Positions 34,072 to 45,764 of a DNA stretch of 64,000 nucleotides are shown piece by piece; the first letter of the stretch is position 1; each line of letters starts with the position of its first letter. Under the pieces are notes generated by a model that worked only from the letters and a program-made list of their open reading frames with translations, was not told the origin of the DNA and ran no database searches. Location: contig NC_057746.1 of the NCBI RefSeq assembly GCF_004010195.1, forward strand, positions 9,987,045-10,051,044, written 5' to 3'. The position numbers were made by a program, and so were the translations under genes. The DNA comes from Chiloscyllium plagiosum (lineage: Eukaryota).

Positions 34072-37000
34072 TTCCTGAAGAAGGGCTTATGCCCAAAACG
34101 TCGATTCTCCTGTTCCTTTGATGCTGCCTGACCTGCTGCGCTTTTCCAGCAACACTTTTTTAAGCTCTGATCTCCAGCATCTGCAGTCCTCACTTTCTCC
34201 TAGTTGATTTTAACCTACTGTGAATCTTCTTGCAAGGATGCCTTCCTTGAAGAAGCTCTCCTCCTCCCTCTACAAGGATCTCAGCGATTCCCTCTCTCAC
34301 TGCACCCCTTCCCCCGGGTCATCTCCTCTACCCTGAAGCTCTTCAGCCACGTCCTCAAACAGACTCGCTACCACAGCCACATCACCTTCCTCAGCAGACG
34401 TCCCCAAGAGTATCCTTCCACCGACACTCTCATTCTTTTGGCCGAACTGGTCCTCACCCTTAACAATTTGTCCTTTGAATCCTCCCACTTCCTCCAGACC
34501 AAAGGGGTAGCCATGGGCACACGTATGGGCCCCAGCTGTGCCTGTCTCTTTGATGGCTACGGAGAACAGTTGATCTTCCGTAATTACACCGGCACCACTC
34601 CCCACCTCTTCCTCCGCTACATTGATGACTGCATTGGCGCCACCTCGTGCTCCCGCGAGGAGGTTGAGCAGTTCATCAACTTCACCTACACATTCCACCC
34701 TGACCTTACATTTACCTGGACCATCTCAGACACCTCCCTCCATCTCCATTAGTGACGACCGACTTGACACTGACATTTTTAACAAACCCACCGACTCCCT
34801 CAGCTACCTGGATTACACATCTTCCCATCCTATCTCTTGCAAAAATGCCATCCGGTATTCCCAATTCCTCCGCCTCTGCCGTATCTGCTCCCAGGAGGAC
34901 CAGTTCCACCATAGAACACACCAGATGGCCTCCTTCTTTAGAGACCACAATTTCTCTTCCCACGTGGTTAAAGATGCCCTCCAACGCATCTCGTCCACAT
35001 CCCGCACCTCCGCCCTCAGATCCCACCCCTCCAACCGTAAGCAGGACAGAACGACCCTGGTGCTCACCTTCCACCCTTACAAACCTCCGCATAAACCAAA
35101 TCATCTGCTGACATTTCCGCCACATCCAAAAAGACCCCACCACCAGGGATATATTTCCCTCCCCACCCCTTTCCGCCTTCCGCAAAGACCGTTCCCTCCG
35201 TGACTACCTGGTCAGATCCACGCCCCCCTACGACACACCCTCCCATCCTTGCACTTTCCCCTGCCACCGCAGGAACTGTAAAACCTGTGTCCACACCTCC
35301 TTCCTCACCTCTATCCAAGGTCGTAAAGGAGCCTTCCATATCCATCAAAATTTTACCTGCACATCCACTAATATCATTTATTGTATCCGTTGCTCCCGAT
35401 GCGGTCTCCTCTACATCGGGGAGACTGGGTGCCTCCTAGCAGAGCGCTTTAGGGAACATCTCCGAGGCACCCGCACCAATCAACCAAACTGCCCCGTGGC
35501 CCAACATTTCAACTGCCCATCCCACTCTCCTGAGGATATGAAGGTGCTGGGCCTCCTCCACCGCCTCTCCCTCACCACCAGACGCATGGAGGAAGAACGC
35601 CTCATCTTCTGCCTCGGAACACTTCAACCCCAGGGCATCAATGTGGACTTCAACAGCTTCCTAATTTCCCCTTCCCCCACCTCATCCTAGTTTCAAACTT
35701 CCAGCTCAACACTGTCCTCTTGTCTTGTCCGGACTTGTCCGACCTGCCCAGCTCATTTTCCACCTATCCACTCCACCCTCTCCTCCCTTATCTATCACCT
35801 TCATCTCCTCCCCCACTGACCTATTGTACTCTATGCTCCTCCCTCCCCACCCCCACCTTCCTCTAGCTTATCTCTCCACGATTCAGGCTCTATGCCTTTA
35901 TTCCTGATGAAGGTATTTTGCCCGAAACGTCGATTTTGCTGAAGCTCCTCGGATGCTGCCTGAACTGCTGTGCTCTTCCAGCACCATTGATCCAGAATCT
36001 GGTTTCCAGCATCTGCAGTCTTTGTTTTTACCTTTTTAACTTGTTTACAGAAGCGACTGACCAATCATGGACTCCGGACTACATTCAGAACAACAAAATT
36101 TGGACTCAACCAAGCGCTCGGGCACCATTAACCATGCGGCCGCTGCAGCAATCGCCGCCAACAATGACGTCATTTCCGCCCCCACCGACCATGCAGCCTC
36201 CGCGATCGTCGCCCAGACAACTGCCTCCACGATCGCCAGGAAGATCATCGCTGACAGATTCGCGGCCTCCGTGGGGTCCACAACCAACGGGAACAACACC
36301 GTTTCTGCATTCGCCACAGCCACTTCCGCCCCTGGAGTTTCCGTCGCCGCATCTACGTCCGCCCCAGTGACGTCACTCGCCTGCACAATGATTACGTCGC
36401 ATGCGTCTCTGCCCCCACGCCAATCCCCGCCACTGCGCCGAACCCTGTCCCAACGCCTAACTCCGCCTCCATGCCTAACACCGTCCCCACGCCTAACCCC
36501 GCCCCACACCAAACCCCGCCCCACTCCCAGCTCCACAGGTCCTAGCTCCCAGCCATGCCGTATATTCACCATCTCTCCAGACCTCCCCCTCTCTGAGGAT
36601 GAAAGACGAGTCCTTAGCAGAGCCCTCACTTTCATTCCCCTAAGCTCCCGGAATAACAAATTCAACATGCGGCGAGAAATCGAGCATTTCTTCTGCTGCC
36701 TTCCCCTCCAAATTTACTTCTTCAACCAGCACTTCCGCCCACCCTCGGACGACCCCATCCACCTGGACACCCCGTGCTGGCCTCTTAGCTGCCCTCGATC
36801 TTTTCATAGCCAACTGCCGCTGTGACATTGAACGCCTCAACCTGCCCACCCCTCTCACCCACTCCAACCTCTCACCCTCGCAACGTGCAGCCCTCCACTC
36901 CCTCCGCTCCAACCCCAACCTCACCATCAAACTGCCAGACAAGGGAGGTGCAGTGGTAGTTTGGCGCACCGATCTTTATATTGCTGAGGCTAAACGCCAG

Positions 37001-38860
37001 CTCGTGGGCACCTCCTCCTACTGCCCCTTGACCATGGCCCCACCTCCCACCACCAAACCATCATTTCCAGACCATACATAGCCTCATCACCTCAGGGGAA
37101 ATCCCATTCACCACCTCCAACCTCATAGTCCCACAACCCCGCACTGCCCGTTTCTACCTCCTGACCAAAATCCACAAACCTGACTGCCCCAGGCGACCCA
37201 TTGTCTCAGCCTGCTCCTGCCCCACCATACTCATTTCTGCATACCTTGACACGGTCCTGTCATCCTTAGTCCAAGAACTCCCCACTTACGTTCGGGACAC
37301 CACCCACGCCCTCCACCTCCTCCATGATTTTCACATCCCCGGCCCACAACGCCTTATTTTCACCATTGACATCCAGTCCCAATACACCTTCATCCCCCAT
37401 CACGAAGGCCACAAAGCCCCCCGCTTCTTCCTTTGCTGTCGAATCAACCAGTACCCTTACACTGACACCCTCCTTCCAATGATTGAACTGGTCCTCACTC
37501 TGAACAACTTCTCTTTCCAATCCTCCCACTTCCTCCAAACCAAAGGAGTAGCCATGGGCACCGGCATGGGCCCCAGCTATGCCTGCCTCTTCGTTGGATA
37601 TGTGGAACAGTCCATCTTCCGCAGCTACACTGGCACCACCCCCCACCTTTTCCTCCGCTACATCGATGACTGTAACGGGGCTACCTCGTGCTCCCACGAG
37701 GAGGTTGAACTGTTCATCCACTTTACTAACACCTTCCACCCTGACCTTAAATTTACTTGGACCGTCTCAGACTCCTCCCTCCCCTTCCTCGACCTCACCA
37801 TTTCTATCTCAGACGACCGACTCAACACGGATGTTTACTATAAACCGACTGACTCCCACAGCTACCTAGATTACACCTCCTCCCACCTTGCCCCCTGTAA
37901 AAACGCAATCCCATATTCCCTATTCCTTCACCTTTGCCGCATCAGCTCCCAGGAGGACGAATTCCACTACCGAACAACCCAGATACATCGTATCATTCTT
38001 CATCATTTCCACCACCTCCAAACAGACCCCACCACCAAGGAGATATTTCCCTCCCCACCCCTATCAGTGTTCCGGAAAGACCACTCCTTCCGCGACTTCC
38101 TCGTCAGATCTACAGCCCACACCAACACAACCTCCACTCCCAGCACCTTCCCCTGCAACCGCAAGAAATGCAAAACTTGCGCCCACACCTCCCCCCTCAC
38201 TTCCCTCCAAGGCACCAAGGGATCCTTCCATACCCGTCAGAAATTTACCTGCACCTCCACACACATCATTTACTGCATCTGCTATACCCGATATGGCCTC
38301 TTATACATTGGGGAGACAGGCCGACTACTTGCAGAACGTTTCAGAGAACACCTCTGGGACACCCGCACCAACCAACCCAACCACCCTGTGGCTGAACACT
38401 TTAACTCCCCCTCCCACTCCGCCAAGGACATGCAGGTCCTTGGCCTCCTCCATCGCCAGGCCATGGCAACACGACGTCTGGAGGAAGAGCACCTCATCTT
38501 CCGCTGATGAACCCTCCAACCACAAGGGATGAATGCAGATTTCTCCAGCTTTCTCATTTTCCCTTCCCCAAAATTTTCTCAGTCTCAACCCTCAGACTCA
38601 GCACCGCATTCTTGACCTGCAATCTTCTTCCCGACCTCTCCGCCCCCAACCCCTCTCCGGCCTATCACCCTCACCTTAACCTCCTTCCACCTGTCATATT
38701 CCCAGCGCCTCTCCCCCAAGTCCCTCCTCCCTATCTTTTATCTTAGCCTGCTTGGCACTCCCTCCTCATTCCTGAAGGAGGGCTTTGCCCGAAACATTGA
38801 TTATCCTGTTCCTTTGATGCTGCCTGACCTGCTGCGCTTTTCCAGCAACACATTTTTAAG
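34072..38860 (+). mobile_element. Near full-length Penelope-like element (RT + GIY-YIG, direct pLTRs) inserted in ERV pol
   Basis: TSD ctataacc(c/t)tggata at 34057-34071 and 38861-38875. ORF 37479-38507 has QTKGVAMGT, FLRYIDDC and IIYCICYTRYGLLYIGETGR; hammerhead-bearing repeats sit at both ends. Confidence 0.93.
34395..36035 (+). mobile_element. 5'-truncated Penelope copy of a second subfamily nested in the outer Penelope
   Basis: Abrupt jump from the N-terminal region (HSHITFLS) into RT (RRPQEYPSTDTLI...YIDD), GIY-YIG region near 35370-35430 and a distinct pLTR variant near 35900-36035; the outer element then resumes. Confidence 0.8.
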
Positions 38861-40259
38861 CTATAACCTTGGATACTACAACACTCTTTTCAACTGCGGC
38901 CACGGCTGAATCCTGGCGCTAAACGATCCTGCCGCTACAGGGTCTAGTTTAGCTAAAAAATATGCTTCCGGCCTCAATCTTCCCCCATGATCCTGCCAGA
39001 ACACAGATGTCATGCAGCCACGCTTCTCATCTACCGTTTGTACAAAAGGCTTGTTTGGATTCGGAATCCCCAGTGAAGGTGTAGTTTGAAGCGCCTTTTT
39101 TAGTTCAACAAAGACACTTTCAGCCTCAGGGATACACTGCAACGGACTCTAGTTCGGCAAACCTTTGCCATGGGCTATGTCACTTAGGGGACGCTCAAGG
39201 ATAAACCCATAATGTGGGATAAACATTCCACAGTCGAAGCACATGCCCCAAATAGATAGTAATTGTGTTTTCGTGTGAGGCTTTGGAATTTGCAGGATTG
39301 TTTGAACTCTGTCTTGACCAATGGCCTTCCCTTGTTCAAATATTAAGTGACCTAAGAACTTCACCTGTTGTTGCACAAATTGCAGCTTTGCGAGACTAGC
39401 TTTGTGTCCTTCCCTTGCTAGGTGGCAGAGCAACGCAATGGTATCCTTCTCACATTGTTCCTTTGTTGGTGTCGCTATCAAGCAATCACCTACATACTAC
39501 AGAAGCACTGACCCCGGGGTTAGAACAGAAGTCTCCAGACTTTTGCGTAGAGCCACATTATATATGGTGGGGGACTCACAGTAACCTTGATAAAGTCGTG
39601 TGAATGTGTATGATTTTCCTTTGAATGAAAAAGCGAACCAGAATTGACTATCTGGGTGCACAGTTACACGAATGAAGGCACTAGCTAAATGCAGAACAAT
39701 GAACCATTTCCTGTCCGGTAGAATTTGAGTTAATATCGTATAGGGGTTGGGAAAATTTGGGGCGCATGGGGCAAAAGCATTATTGACTGCCTGCAGGTCA
39801 TGAACAAACCTCCATTCCTCCGGTTCACAGGGAATGCTTGCCGTTTTACCCGTAAAATGGGGGTTCTCACCAGTGAGTTTTCACAGGGGATTATCACTCC
39901 TGCCTTTAAGAGGGACTCAAAGACTGGAGTAATTCCTTCTGTGGCCTCGGGTTTTAACGGGTATTGTGCTCTGCAAGGTTGATACTCAGACTTCATGGTT
40001 ATTCTTATTGGTTCACAGCCTCGTATGATTACCACATCATGTTTGCCTTTTGTCCACACCTCAGTAGGAGACGTTTTTAATCTTGGGTCCGAGACTTCTA
40101 TCTTAGGGAAACGCCAGGCTACCCTCCTAGGCTTTTTAGTGCGAGAGCGGGTTACCTGGACCGTCCTATCTGCCTGAGTTAGCCAATTTGGTTTCCTCCT
40201 ATATGTCCACATAACTGCATTGAACCATATATGCACATCGTCCCAGAAGACTCAACCTT

Positions 40260-40760
40260 TCGTTCTTTGTGCCTTTCGCACCCATGGTCCAAAGTCATGC
40301 CACCTGTCACCTGTCTTCCCCAGTGACACGTGAAGAGCTGAGCCTTCCACATCAAAATGACAATTTACAATGCAGGCTATTTCCTGAAGCACTGTCTCTC
40401 ATTAAGCCGTGTCAACATTCAATTGATCCCTTTAGCCACAAGGGCTATATCTACTTTCTTCTTTAAAATGCAATCTGTCACAGGTACTTTAGATAAGTTT
40501 ACACTGACTTCACATGTGTGATCAATACAATAAAATTCGCAAAGTAACAAGTGATCTAGTTTAACCAATCTCCTGAACCAATCCTCCTCATCTGATTCAT
40601 TAGGACCATCGCAGTGTACGTGTGCTGTGCAGTGCAGCATTACCTCAGTAAGAAAATCGTTGTTAATAGGTTTAACATGTTTACTTGCTTCCAGAGTGAG
40701 TGAATCACTCACCGAACCTATTGCTCTCCGGATTAATCGACATTCATAGACATACATCAG
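40260..40760 (-). other. 2H phosphoesterase-like domain remnant in ERV pol, between protease and RT
   Basis: LHCTAHV (HCT 40634-40626) and SALHVSLGK...WHDFGPWV (HVS 40332-40324) form the paired Hx[T/S] signature; split by an insert of about 125 bp containing CR1-tail sequence. Confidence 0.75.
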
Positions 40761-43029
40761 GGGTCGTGGGTCATGGTTACACCCTACACAGGTAAATCTT
40801 CACTTTGAATTTCCTGCAAGCCCTTCGGAGTATTGATTAAATCCAAACCCAGTCTCCCTATGAGATTCCGACCCAACAGATTTCAAGGACAGAATTTCGA
40901 TAACAAGAATGAGAATTGGAATGTTTGCCCGTTACTGGTTTTGCACAATAGGGGTGCAGAATATCTCTCTCGTACAGCGACTTCTGATGCACCCATTGTG
41001 TTCAGGACGCATCCACTCACCTTTATTGGCGTCGATTGTCTAAACTGGCTTAATTTAAGGACTGAATATGTTGCTCCGGGATCTAGCAAAACGGTAACTG
41101 TTGTATCTTCCACATATAACTCAGAGGTAGGCATCGACTTATACGCAACATTGTTACATTGAACACATTGTCCACACTTCGCAATATAGAGGAGGGACAT
41201 TTCTCAGTGCCCCGTAAGGGTAGTAGAAGAGTTTAGCATAAGCGAGTCTTCATTGCCAAGCATAAGGGAAAGAGGCTTACCTGTACCTTGTGGGGTGCCC
41301 ACCTCCACCTCAGCCGTCCCGTCTGTCACCAGCCTCAAGGGCCGATTGGGGCTGTCTGTGCAGACATTGTCTCGCCCAGTGGTCCATTGCTCCGCAAAAA
41401 AGCACCCGCCAGTTCTACCTCGACCAGCGCCTCTTCCACAACTCCTTTTCCTCTTCCACGATCTCCATCTCTGCCTCTCTCTCTCTCTTCCTGCAGCACC
41501 TCCTCCAACGGCTGGGTGACCATTTGCATCATAGTAAGCTGAGCCTTATGTGCTTGCTGGTCCATCTTTAGTTTCTGATTATCCTTCTCGTGTTTAAGCA
41601 GTTTTTCAGCTTGCATCGCATGTTGTTCTATCAAATTCAGCTTTCCCGTGTCCCAGGTAATATATGTGTCTTTTACCTTTTTTGCTATTTCCTTCTTCAT
41701 TCCATTGAGGAAGCTGCTCCTCAGGTGTGCTTCATACGCTGTGATTTCTGCCGCCGTTATGTCGTCGGGTGGTCTCAGTCCACTGTGGGTGTTATGGACG
41801 TCAGTGAGGCGCATAAGGTACTGGGACAGTCTCAACTTCCCGTTGTTTCTGGGAATGCCTCCCTACAGACTGCTGCCAGTGTTGCAACAAAAGCATTAAA
41901 GTCTCCATTCTCTTCTGCTTGCGGGTCAGTTGATCTGGCATGGCCAATTATACTTGATTTTGGTGTCATAGGCACCCAGCTTTCATTCCAGAAGATAGCC
42001 CATATCATGTGACATGCGATGGAACTCGGAATATAACTTTGCCACTTCTTCAGCGAACTTATTACCTCCAGCTTCGCGTGCGTCAGGCAACTGCCCATAG
42101 GCACTTTCCTAATCCTTCATGATCCATGGTCAGTGGACCAGCATTATGTGCCCTTCTAGACCTGCAACTTCAACCATTGGTGCTTGCAGGATTACCTGGT
42201 AAGATAAATGTATGCTAATATTCTCGGCTGACTCATCATCCATCATGGGGAGAGCACGAGCAGGCCCTGGATGCCTTTTCGTCTTGGAGTGGCCATCGCA
42301 ATTTTGAGCTTCTTCCTTTAATTGGTTTCAGGTATGACTTGATATCAATGATTCAGCAGACCCTGAGGCGGCGGTTGCTGACTTGGAATCTTCGCCAGGC
42401 GGATCTCATGGGGGAGGTGTAGGTCTCGGAGGACATTCATCAACGTCAGGATCTGGAACAGACTTAAGATACTGTACAGCTTCGTTAGGTTGTTTTCTGC
42501 GCGGATCTGCATGTGTGTTAGAGTTTGTGCACATATTTGATCAAATCTATTACTTGAGATTTCCTTTCTCTGATAACAGCCTCAGCTTCCACATGTTATT
42601 AGCACTCCAATTGACAGTTTCTGTTTTTCCCTTCCGTTTCTCCTTCTCTTTCTCTCTCCTCCAACCTCGACCTGAATATTTCCAACTGCCTTTTACTAAA
42701 ACTTCCTCCCTTCCGAAAACCACATTACTTGATCCACAATTCTAACTGCTTTACAGACACTGGGCCGTAACTATTTAGCATGTAATGTGTTTTTCGTTGG
42801 CCATTCCAAGTCCTCTGTGGTGCCTCTTCTTGTTTGCACTTGCTGGGACACATTTGTAGCGTTACTGGAAAAGTGTTCAACCTTCTGTCTGTCGTGGTAC
42901 GGTTATCTTTTTCCCTTTGACTTGCTTTTTCTCTGAATTCGACTGCTCGCAAGGCCGGGTTGAGCGTTTGCAAAGTTCAGCAAAAACGAGCTGTCTCCTC
43001 GATTGCAGAATTCAGCAAAGTGTTTGCAA

Positions 43030-44833
43030 AGTTCATAAAAGTATTAAATTGAGCAAAGCATTCCCATTCAGATTTCTCAGTGAATGTTAATTTTGTTAAT
43101 TTTCCATTAAAATAGGAAAAGAAAGGAAAAGATAATCTGGTACTAGCTGTAACACAGAGCGAAGAACCAAGTTCAGATAATTCCAAATTGAACATCCCTC
43201 AAATTAATTGGACAATGATTAAGTTCTCAAAAAAGTGATAGATTATTTGATTACTTTCCAGATGAATATCGAAAGGACCTGGAAGTGTTATTACAATCAA
43301 ATGGGGACATATATTGGATTAAGCTCCGAAGTGAAAATCTTATGATGCGTGATGGAGATACAGGAAATGCTGTTCCAAATAAGCAACATGCTTATGGACA
43401 TAAACCTCCAAAATTCACACAGGTTCAAAAGGAGACTATTTGCATAGTCAAAGACAATATAATCGGAATGAGTTGAAGCAACTGGGTCTCACCCAATATA
43501 AAGTTGCTGAAACCAAATGACACCTATTCACCATGTATGGACTTTCGCAAAGTCGATGACATTGCAAAATCTGATTCATCTCCTACTTCATATTTGGATG
43601 ACTCCATTCAGAATGTAGGACAAGGTACATTGATTTCAAGGATGAACTTATTCAGAAGATACAGACAGTTGTCTTAATCTGAAAGAACAAATGAAATTTC
43701 AGCCTTCCTGATATCGAATGGTCTGCGCCAATTTATCGTCATGCCATTTGTTAGGAAAACTGAGCCAGCTACATTTAAAAGATTTAAATAATAAAGTGAA
43801 TTTCGATTTAGCTAACTGTGTGGTGTATGTCGATGGTGTGGTGATTTTTAGTCACACATGGCAGGAATATTTGAAGCATATATCTGAATTATTTGGGAAT
43901 AGATTAGCGTTGTGAAGCAGCCTTGACGATAAACCTTGTTCACAGCGAGTTCGCAAAAGCTCAAGTCACATTCCTGGGTTATGTCATTGAACATAGACAA
44001 GTGACCCCATAGGATGAGAAAATAAAGGTTATTAGGGAGCATTATATCGCATTGATGAAGAGGAAATTGCGATTGCTGGGACTGAGTAGGCTTATCCGAA
44101 TTTTAGAAGTGTGGTCACTCACTAGCTGACTTGTTGAAGAAGAGCACAAATCTTAGCAGGCACAGCAATGTCAAAGACATTTGTTGCCTGGAATCTGTGT
44201 TAGCCACTGTTCCAGTGTTAGTCATACCTAATTACATATTGCTGAAAATGTGTTGCTGGAAAAGCGCAGCAGGTCATATCTAATTACATATTGCCATTCA
44301 ATGTGGTCGTTGCTGCAAATGACTTGGGTGACGTTGCTGGTCTCTTGCAAGAAGAAAATAAAAAGACCGATTGGATTTTTTTTCAGCAAATTAAATTGTA
44401 ATCAACTGAAATATTCCACAATTGGAAAGGAGGTTTTGCGTTTGGTGTTAGCATTCCATCATTCCAATATTTATATTTGCTGTATTTAGTCTGAGACAAT
44501 TGTATAAACTGTCAGTAAGGAGTTAAAGTTTTTAGAAAAAATGAGGCTAAAAATTCTCGACTCTTCAGATGGAGATTATTATTACAGACATTCTATTTGA
44601 AGGTTAACCTTGTGACAGGATGAGAGAACGTAATTGTCAATTTGTTGCTGCGACTATGAGGAAGGAAGGTGATGGGACAAGAACAGACTATAATGGACTG
44701 TAGCAGCGAATATTTCATATTAGAATCCATGTGATGTATAAGTATTGCTTTGTAGTATTAGTATAAAACTAAGTCTTTTTCAAAAATGAAGCCGTTTTTG
44801 TATATTAATGGTTCTTTTCTTTTAGAGAGGAGG
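43030..44833 (+). mobile_element. Degraded Gypsy-group LTR retrotransposon RT-RNase H (possibly Gmr1-like domain order)
   Basis: GNAVPNKQHAY (usual form PIKQHPY), VYVDGVVIFSHTWQEYLKH and PIGFFFSKLNCNQLKYSTIGKEVL. Pol ends after RNase H near 44660, followed by a purine tract at 44824-44833. Confidence 0.8.
44243..44272 (-). mobile_element. 30-bp abortive Penelope tail insertion with 22-bp TSD
   Basis: tgaaaatgtgttgctggaaaagcgcagcag is flanked by gtcata(c/t)ctaattacatattgc at 44221-44242 and 44273-44294. Confidence 0.85.
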
Positions 44834-45240
44834 TGTGAAGATGTAATGGCTTTAAGATGCTTGACTGAGGTTGAGACAGAGATACTGAGCGTTCTGTTCG
44901 AAGCCAATAAAGTGAACAACTTGTGAGGTCTGTTTTTTTTATTCATAAAATTGGAAATATAGACACAGCCGAAATGAGTAGGCTCCAGCTTCCAATGAAG
45001 CACAATTTGTAAGTTGACGTTCAGCAGTGGCTGGGGTCTTGAAGATGGATGTAGGAGCTGTTATTCCTCTCTTGCTTCAGGCGAAATGCTGGGGTTGTCT
45101 TTTATCTGCTCGAATTTTATGTGAGGTAATCTATTATACTGAAATTGCCTTTGCCAAAGTTTTGTTCATTGAATGTTACTAAATTTTAATAGTTGCTGCT
45201 TAGTGGTTAAATAATCTATTATTCCAGTAAATGCTTGAAA
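44834..45240 (+). mobile_element. Putative 3' LTR of the Gypsy element (right end uncertain)
   Basis: TGTGA start immediately after the purine tract; similar to the start of the 4942 LTR-like segment. Confidence 0.5.
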
Positions 45241-45764
45241 GCATTTTCCCCCTTAATCTTTGGCTTAGAATTGGAAGAGCGATCAATGGCAAACTCTGAT
45301 TTGTACAGGGAAATCCAACATTTTTATTCAATTTGTGTTGCAAAGATCAAACATAGCGTAGTCACTATGTTTGCCCTAAATTGCGTCCGTCCAATCCTTT
45401 AAAAAACACACATTACTCAATGATGGGCATTCCTCTAGAAAACTTCCAGGTTACCGTGACCTCGTGGAGTTTTACAGGCATCTTAATTTTTGGGCCTTTG
45501 GATCTTCCTATGCATCCTATTCATTTGATTTCAATGTTACTCACTACACACCTTCAGATGTGTCTCAGGCTTGCTGATCTCTAAAGACAACTCAAATGCT
45601 GTTACTCATTGCATTTTTCACTATCCAAATTATAAATGCAAAAATAGACAAACACACCTTAGTTTTTACTACTTTGTATTAGATTTGTAATGTTGATTTC
45701 TGTTATAAAGTTTGGATATACATAGCTGCTTCAGCTTTTCGCCCTTTGTGATTAACAAGTTGTG

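Larger units (their letters stand above)
31358..43000 (-). mobile_element. Degraded class I-like (epsilon/gamma-related) endogenous retrovirus: gag-pro-2H-RT-RNase H-IN, env deleted, 5' LTR not found
   Basis: Gag with frameshifted CFF/CGAMDHWARQC knuckle (about 41365-41405); protease LLDPGATYSVL; RT QYPLKPEATEGITPVFESLLKAGVI and QGYCESP...YVGD; RNase H FVDGSAF...SAQAAELIALTEAC...IYTNSRY; integrase PFEYLQMDFIEL...VDMFSKWVEAF and RWLGPFQVLL...WIYTSHCK. Confidence 0.93.

Noticed and set aside
36045-36825. Long Ala/Thr/Pro-rich ORFs on both strands (252 aa and 207 aa) as a novel gene
   Set aside because: They lie inside the TSD-bounded Penelope element and run into its conserved CRIFTISPDLPLSEDE...LS region; low-complexity N-terminal part of the element ORF and its antisense shadow.
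34297-38588. Multiple minus-strand ORFs over the Penelope copies
   Set aside because: Antisense shadows of C-rich RT coding sequence with no independent motifs.
42960-43200. ERV 5' LTR and primer-binding site
   Set aside because: No sequence matching the 3' LTR (31358-31811) and no recognisable tRNA-complementary PBS was found.
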